The position numbers and the translations under genes were made by a program. The notes under the pieces are model-generated. The model made no database searches. It saw nothing but the letters and a program-made list of their open reading frames with translations, and was not told where the DNA came from. Shown here in pieces: positions 59,689 through 64,000 of a DNA stretch of 64,000 nt (its first letter is position 1; every line of letters begins with the position of its first letter). The stretch comes from Candidatus Levybacteria bacterium RIFCSPLOWO2_01_FULL_38_21 (GTDB lineage Bacteria > Patescibacteriota > Microgenomatia > Levybacterales > UBA12049). The stretch lies in contig MFOT01000024.1 of NCBI GenBank assembly GCA_001782475.1, forward strand, positions 42,578 through 106,577. The letters run 5' to 3'.

Positions 59689-60294
59689 ATGTCCAGACGA
59701 ACTATTATATTAATAATAATACTTATAGGAATAACTGCGATTCTTTTGGCAATTGCATTAACGCCAAAGCAGGCTCCAGTCCCGGTAAAACAACGGCCAA
59801 CTCCCAGCATTTCTTATGCGCAAACCACGCTTAGGATAAGTAACAATCCTGCTTTGGTGAATTCTACCTCCTCAGCAGTTCCTCTTTACTCAGCAGACGT
59901 AACAATAATAACCGGAGACAATAAAGTAAATGCCGTTCAACTTGAGTTAGCTTTTGACGTAGCTCGTCTTTATAATGTCGATATAAAACCAGGTTCTCTG
60001 TTCCAAAATTCGGTGGAGTTGCTTAAAAAAGTAGATAATCAAAAAGGGACTATTTCTTATGCTCTTGCAGGAGGACTTGGTCAAAAGGGAGTGACGGGAG
60101 GAGGAACCGTAGCTGTAATAACTTTTCAGGAAAAAGGAAAGGCTGGAGAAATTGCGAGTATAAATTTCCTGCCAAAAACTTTGGTAACAGCTCAGGGCAC
60201 AGATAAATCGGTTCTTAAAACCGCAGTCGGCGCTACATTCCCAATTCAGGAATCGCCATCTCGGTTAAATACCGGCACTCCATCCGCTCAGTAA
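59689..60294 (+). CDS. Membrane-anchored cohesin-like domain protein
   Basis: VNAVQLELAFD, DNQKGTISYA, GGGTVAVITF beta-sandwich pattern; follows two dockerin genes. Confidence 0.7.
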   Translation: MSRRTIILIIILIGITAILLAIALTPKQAPVPVKQRPTPSISYAQTTLRISNNPALVNSTSSAVPLYSADVTIITGDNKVNAVQLELAFDVARLYNVDIKPGSLFQNSVELLKKVDNQKGTISYALAGGLGQKGVTGGGTVAVITFQEKGKAGEIASINFLPKTLVTAQGTDKSVLKTAVGATFPIQESPSRLNTGTPSAQ

Positions 60295-61031
60295 CCGCCT
60301 TTTTTAAAGCGCGCGTTTTTAAGAAAAGGGGCGTATAGATCTTCCTTAAGTATAATTTTAATTTTTCCCAAATCTTTTTTTGTTGGGCTTTTTTTTTGAA
60401 AAACAATACCGGGTATTCTTTCTATTACTACAATCGGAGTCTGCTCGTTCCCCTCTCCCATAACCATTACTGCCGCCGCTGCCAAATTGTCTACAACACT
60501 TAACTTTGTAAACTCAAGTTTTCTTCCAAAAATATCCTTCGTCCCAATATAATTTTTAAGCGGCTCAAACCCGCTGTAGGCGACTGAAAATCCTGTTACT
60601 CCCCATCTTAAAGGTGTAGTCCTGCTGTCGGTTATAATCACTCCCACATTTTCAAGGTTGAATCTTGATTTGAGCCATTTTCTAATCCGATTTGCAGATT
60701 TTTGCGGATTTTTTGGCCAAAGAATATAATAACCATTACCGTTTGATTCATCAATCCCTGCACTTGCAACAAGCGCTCCCCCTGTTATGGTAAGACTTAC
60801 GTTGTACGGATTTTGCGATCTTGGAAGATAATATTGCGATTCTCTTTTTATCAACTCGTCCTTATCAATTGTTCCTATTTTGATAATTCGTCCCTCTGTT
60901 ATGGCAACAATTTTTGATGCAATCGCAACAACTGATTTCTCAGAAAGCTTTTTCACATAGCGATCTAAAATCCTGAAGATGTCCTTATCTTTTTGGGTAA
61001 TTTTATGAGTCTTAATCCCCGTAACTTTCAT
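60288..61031 (-). CDS. CofE-like gamma-glutamyl ligase (putative folate metabolism)
   Basis: SKIVAITEG, SAGIDESN, IITDSRTTPLRWG, MGEGNEQTP. Confidence 0.85.
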   Translation of the reverse strand: MKVTGIKTHKITQKDKDIFRILDRYVKKLSEKSVVAIASKIVAITEGRIIKIGTIDKDELIKRESQYYLPRSQNPYNVSLTITGGALVASAGIDESNGNGYYILWPKNPQKSANRIRKWLKSRFNLENVGVIITDSRTTPLRWGVTGFSVAYSGFEPLKNYIGTKDIFGRKLEFTKLSVVDNLAAAAVMVMGEGNEQTPIVVIERIPGIVFQKKSPTKKDLGKIKIILKEDLYAPFLKNARFKKGGY

Positions 61032-61061
61032 ATTTTACTTTAATGTACCGGATATCTGTTG

Positions 61062-61079
61062 TGATGTATCAATACATCA
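61062..61079. promoter_or_regulatory. Candidate operator TGATGTATCAATACATCA, site 3
   Basis: Identical to 53440-53457; 30 nt upstream of the CofE-like ATG. Confidence 0.7.
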
Positions 61080-61094
61080 AATCACAAACGCAGA

Positions 61095-61493
61095 TTATAA
61101 TTCTTCTACTATCCATTCTCCGTTTATTTTTTTTATATAAACAGGGAAAACTGAAACTTTTGGAAATATTAATGACATAAGATCTGAAGTTTTTCTTATG
61201 TCCTTCTTGTGTATTTCTTCTGAAACCGGATTCCCTGCGCAATCTTCATGTCCTGAAACAACTATATTTTTTGATTTATGTTTTTCCAAAGAAATTTTTA
61301 TTTTATTCGCAAGGGAATCAATCAAGTACTTGTCTGGGTGATCTTTTGAGAAAAGCCCAACAAGTCCTGCTTCTGTAATTGTGTCCGGGTATTTCGCGCC
61401 GAATTTTTTCCAGCCGAAATCAGCAATGGGTTTTTGAACCCGGCCATCTATACACCCAACGCTTGTAAAAAATGTATCGCTTGATGAGGACAT
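61095..61493 (-). CDS. Beta-carbonic anhydrase-like protein
   Basis: CIDGR and GHEDCAG zinc-ligand motifs; start moved to ATG 61493. Confidence 0.75.
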   Translation of the reverse strand: MSSSSDTFFTSVGCIDGRVQKPIADFGWKKFGAKYPDTITEAGLVGLFSKDHPDKYLIDSLANKIKISLEKHKSKNIVVSGHEDCAGNPVSEEIHKKDIRKTSDLMSLIFPKVSVFPVYIKKINGEWIVEEL

Positions 61494-61517
61494 AATTGTG
61501 ATACTATAACAAAAAGT

Positions 61518-61582
61518 TGGTGGGTCGGGATGGAATCGAACCATCTACCTGTCGCCTCAGGCGACCGTTCTGCCCATTGAAA
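61518..61582 (-). ncRNA. tRNA-like 3' portion (T-arm, acceptor strand, CCA) with hairpin replacing the anticodon arm
   Basis: GAACG GTCGCC-TGA-GGCGAC AGGTA GATGG TTCGATT CCATC CCGACCC A CCA. Confidence 0.65.
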
Positions 61583-61585
61583 CAG

Positions 61586-61657
61586 TGGGCACGGATAGAA
61601 TCGAACTATCCACCTCTTCTTTATCAGAGAAGCGTTCTACCAATGAACTACGTGCCC
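61586..61657 (-). tRNA. tRNA-Ile(GAU), CCA not encoded
   Basis: GGGCACG/CGTGCCC acceptor, CTTCT-CTGATAA-AGAAG anticodon arm, TTCGATT T-loop. Confidence 0.92.
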
Positions 61658-61890
61658 AAAATTTGCTTTAAAAGCTCTCTTCCTTTTCCGCTTTTCAAAA
61701 ATCTTTCCCTACGACTTGCCCCTAATTTTGTATTATATGTCTCCTTATAAATTAACTCAAACGGTCCAGCCTGGCTCGTATATTTAGTTTGACCGTTATT
61801 ATGTTCAGCAATTCTCCTGTTTAGATTATTTGTCGAACCGGTATAATGCCTACCGTTCTTCAAGCTTTTCAAAACATAAACGTACCACAT
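61648..61890 (-). CDS. Small GIY-YIG nuclease
   Basis: YVYVL...HYTGST...RRIAEHN...RERFLKSGKGR. Confidence 0.9.
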   Translation of the reverse strand: MWYVYVLKSLKNGRHYTGSTNNLNRRIAEHNNGQTKYTSQAGPFELIYKETYNTKLGASRRERFLKSGKGRELLKQILGT

Positions 61891-61893
61891 TTT

Positions 61894-61947
61894 GAACCAT
61901 CTAGCTGTCGCCTCAGGCGACCGTTCTAGCCGGTGAACTACCGACCC
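61894..61947 (-). ncRNA. tRNA-like 5' portion (acceptor strand, D-arm, hairpin, half T-arm)
   Basis: GGGTCGG TA GTTC ACCGGCTA GAAC G GTCGCC-TGA-GGCGAC AGCTA GATGG TTC; acceptor strand complementary to that at 61522-61528. Confidence 0.65.
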
Positions 61948-61986
61948 ATTTCAAACCATTATATTACAATTAGGATCAATTTAAAA

Positions 61987-62056
61987 GGCGAGGGTACAAA
62001 ATTTTCTTAGCACGACAAGCGAACTGCGTGTGCAAGAAAATTTTCGTGCCCGAGCC
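61987..62056. repeat. Long imperfect palindrome (REP-like)
   Basis: GGGTACAAAATTTTCTT...AAGAAAATTTTCGTGCCC. Confidence 0.6.
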
Positions 62057-62064
62057 GAGGTCCT

Positions 62065-62433
62065 CTACTTTATCAAATCCCAAACCTCTTTTGGAATTCT
62101 TTCGTTCCCAAGCTGTTCTTTTGGCTCCCAAACCAAGCAGTTCATCAAAATTTCCTGAATGAGACGTAGCTTCCGAAGCTCATCAAGCATTTTCTTAGCT
62201 TCCTTAGGATTACCGCTTACAAATTTATAATATAGTACAATCAATTGATTGAGCCTATTAGAAACTGCCTGATAAGTTGCGATTATTTTCCCCTGCCTTG
62301 ATCTTTTTTGATAAGTTTTAATTTTTTTAAGATTCTGCCACTCTCCTGCCCTTATTTCAATATCCAAATCCAATTCTTTTTCGGAAAATCCGCCTTCTCC
62401 TTTTTCTTCCGAATTGTCTCTCTCTTTATCCAT
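62065..62433 (-). CDS. Hypothetical protein
   Basis: 122-aa ORF from ATG 62433. Confidence 0.55.
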   Translation of the reverse strand: MDKERDNSEEKGEGGFSEKELDLDIEIRAGEWQNLKKIKTYQKRSRQGKIIATYQAVSNRLNQLIVLYYKFVSGNPKEAKKMLDELRKLRLIQEILMNCLVWEPKEQLGNERIPKEVWDLIK

Positions 62434-62434
62434 T

Positions 62435-62539
62435 TTATTTTGCAAAAATCTTAATAAGACCTATGATCCCAGCAATTATTCCGCCAAAAATAGCTATATT
62501 TTTGAGTTTTTCAGTAAAACTTGGCTGTCCCTCTTTCAT
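62435..62539 (-). CDS. Small 34-aa membrane peptide (absent from ORF track)
   Basis: MKEGQPSFTEKLKNIAIFGGIIAGIIGLIKIFAK*, stop 1 nt before the next ATG. Confidence 0.5.
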   Translation of the reverse strand: MKEGQPSFTEKLKNIAIFGGIIAGIIGLIKIFAK

Positions 62540-62578
62540 AATTTTTAATTCTAAGCTTTGAATTCTAAATTCTATTAG

Positions 62579-62651
62579 AGGCGCGAAGGGGACTTGCACC
62601 CCTGAATGGCTGTTCTGCAGACAGCTGTGTTAGCTACTTCACCACCGCGCC
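62579..62651 (-). tRNA. tRNA-Cys(GCA)
   Basis: GGCGCGG/TCGCGCC acceptor, U discriminator, GCTGT-CTGCAGA-ACAGC anticodon arm. Confidence 0.9.
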
Positions 62652-62761
62652 ACGTTACAATTTGCTTTGCAAATTTACGTGGCTGGAACGTTTTCGCCAA
62701 CAGCGAATTACGTTCCGCCAATATAGAACCAAGTATACCAAAAAGCTTTGATTCTTGCCAA

Positions 62762-62795
62762 CAAAAAATCCCTCACCAATTTGGTGAGGGATTTT
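62762..62795 (-). terminator. Intrinsic terminator downstream of 16S rRNA
   Basis: AAAATCCCTCACCAA-T-TTGGTGAGGGATTTT stem with minus-strand T run. Confidence 0.75.
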
Positions 62796-63055
62796 AATCT
62801 TAACGACCAAGAAGTGGTAGGAAAACTATTGAATAGAATTCGTCTCGCCCTAAGTATTAACGGGCTAACCAAGCGCTATTCACTCCCGCTTTTGAGCGGA
62901 ATTCGCTTGTGGCCATTACACTTTGTTCCAACTATTAACATTTCACTTTTAACAATTAACAAAAGTTAACTGTAAATTGTTACTGGTTAATTGTTAGTTA
63001 GGTGTCTTCTCTCAATCTAAACTCTATTCCCTCATAAATCTGAAGTTTTGAATTT

Positions 63056-63283
63056 AGAAAGGAGGTGATCCATCCCCAGCTTCGGCTAGGGATACCTTGT
63101 TACGACTTAAGCCTCATCGCCGATTTTAGACTCCCCCTCACCTTTGTCAACGATAAGCTTTGAAACTCCCATCGTAGAGAGCCGAAGGCTCCTTGCCAGG
63201 CTTTCCCTTCGGTAAATTCAAATGTCTTTCTAAACAAAGGTGAGGGGTTCGTCTACCACCGACTTTGCTGCCTTGACGGGCGG
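63056..63283 (-). rRNA. rrs: 16S rRNA 3' exon (from about E. coli position 1399 to the end)
   Basis: CCGCCCGTC...AAGTCGTAACAAGGTA...GATCACCTCCTTTCT. Confidence 0.95.
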
Positions 63284-64000
63284 ATTTCGATAACTTGGGT
63301 TGTTTCGAGTTCCCACTAGACAAGCGGTTTTCCCGCATCTAGCGAGCCCCTGTTCATCTGTGATTTTAACTGTCGAATCTTCTTATATCCTTCATTACTT
63401 TTATGTTCTCCATTCTTTACCATTAAAGCGATTCGCCGAAAGAGTAAATAATTTTTAAGCTTTTTGCTATGAAGCTGGTTCTTATCAAAAAAAGGTATTA
63501 TTTTTTCATGTAAATCTTTTTGAGCAGTTACGCCAAATCTGTAACAATTTTTTTGATTTGCACGATATTCCTTTTGATAATATACTCCACCGCAATCAAA
63601 AAACTTCTGAACTTTCTTGAGTAATGGAAGTTCGTCTTCCCGAAGTTTTATGAAAAAGTGCATTTCTACTCGAGATTTATGAGTTCTGTTTGGAACTCTA
63701 GTCGCTACATAAAAACACCCTTCTCCATCAGTTAATCCTACGATATAATCATCAGATAAACGATTAGGTTTTTCCCTTCCCCCGCTAAGCGGGGTACTAT
63801 GGATCTGCTGACTTCTCTTCTTCAAGTTCATCTACCTTGAGAATAGATAAACAATTACCCAATTGTCAAGAAGAGATCTCCTAAGGTCACTTACCAAACA
63901 ATTCCTGGCATCCTAATTAGACTTTTTATATGTTCTTCCCTTAGACACACCTGATTAAGGTCGAACGTCTATTTTTTATTAGGCTGTCATTTGCTTCAGG
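63284..64000 (-). mobile_element. Group II-type intron in 16S rRNA (3' part; continues beyond window)
   Basis: GTACACA expected before CCGCCCGTC is absent; DV-like CGCTAGATGCGGGAAAACCGCTTGTCTAGTG (63314-63344), DVI-like stem with bulged A, terminal AT. Confidence 0.8.
63316..63831 (-). CDS. Intron-encoded single-motif LAGLIDADG homing endonuclease
   Basis: YIVGLTDGEGCF; FFDCGGV; IIPFFDKNQL.SKK. Confidence 0.9.
   Translation of the reverse strand: MNLKKRSQQIHSTPLSGGREKPNRLSDDYIVGLTDGEGCFYVATRVPNRTHKSRVEMHFFIKLREDELPLLKKVQKFFDCGGVYYQKEYRANQKNCYRFGVTAQKDLHEKIIPFFDKNQLHSKKLKNYLLFRRIALMVKNGEHKSNEGYKKIRQLKSQMNRGSLDAGKPLV

Noticed and set aside
61517-61750. 77-aa plus-strand ORF, likewise 62606-62797 and 63147-63338
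   Set aside because: Translations of tRNA or rRNA sequence
61518-61947. Functional tRNA-Ser(UGA) or suppressor tRNA
   Set aside because: Anticodon arm is 15 nt with a 3-nt loop, lacks U33 and a long variable arm, and the gene is split
62800-62930. 5S rRNA downstream of 16S
   Set aside because: No CCGAAC loop or other 5S hallmarks on either strand
1-64000. CRISPR array
   Set aside because: No repeat-spacer periodicity found; repeats are short tandem tracts or isolated palindromes, and no cas genes are present
1-64000. Alternative genetic code (UGA as Gly)
   Set aside because: Conserved genes are full length under code 11 and TGA terminates thyA, dcd and others at expected positions

Overview
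AT-rich bacterial window, standard genetic code. Gene content and style (compact housekeeping operons, near-leaderless promoters, intron-containing 16S with no 23S directly downstream, cohesin/dockerin surface proteins) suggest Patescibacteria/CPR, probably Microgenomates; this is inference only. Contents: an accessory radical-SAM/kinase/IMPase cassette bounded by 27-bp direct repeats, a RelE-type TA pair, large surface proteins, murB/htrA/ctpA, rpsF-ssb-rpsR, ychF, a polysaccharide locus, a CsoR operon, an RpoD-like sigma factor, cysS-recR-prs-dnaX, proS, zwf/pgl/gnd, rpsB-tsf-frr-rseP, a thymidylate/folate cluster, tRNA-Ile, tRNA-Cys, and the 16S 3' end interrupted by a group II-type intron carrying a LAGLIDADG ORF. 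Most notable: (1) a four-helix-bundle gene enclosed by inverted 7-bp-periodic arms, with a gene-less copy of the same arms about 44 kb away and related heptamer tracts across the window, including inside essential genes; (2) a GIY-YIG gene plus tRNA-Ile nested inside a split, anticodon-less tRNA mimic; (3) a TrpR/YerC-like regulator with a thrice-repeated 18-bp palindrome at folate/thymidylate genes; (4) REP-like palindromes inserted in frame in many housekeeping genes. All calls were made by eye from motifs; no database searches were run.
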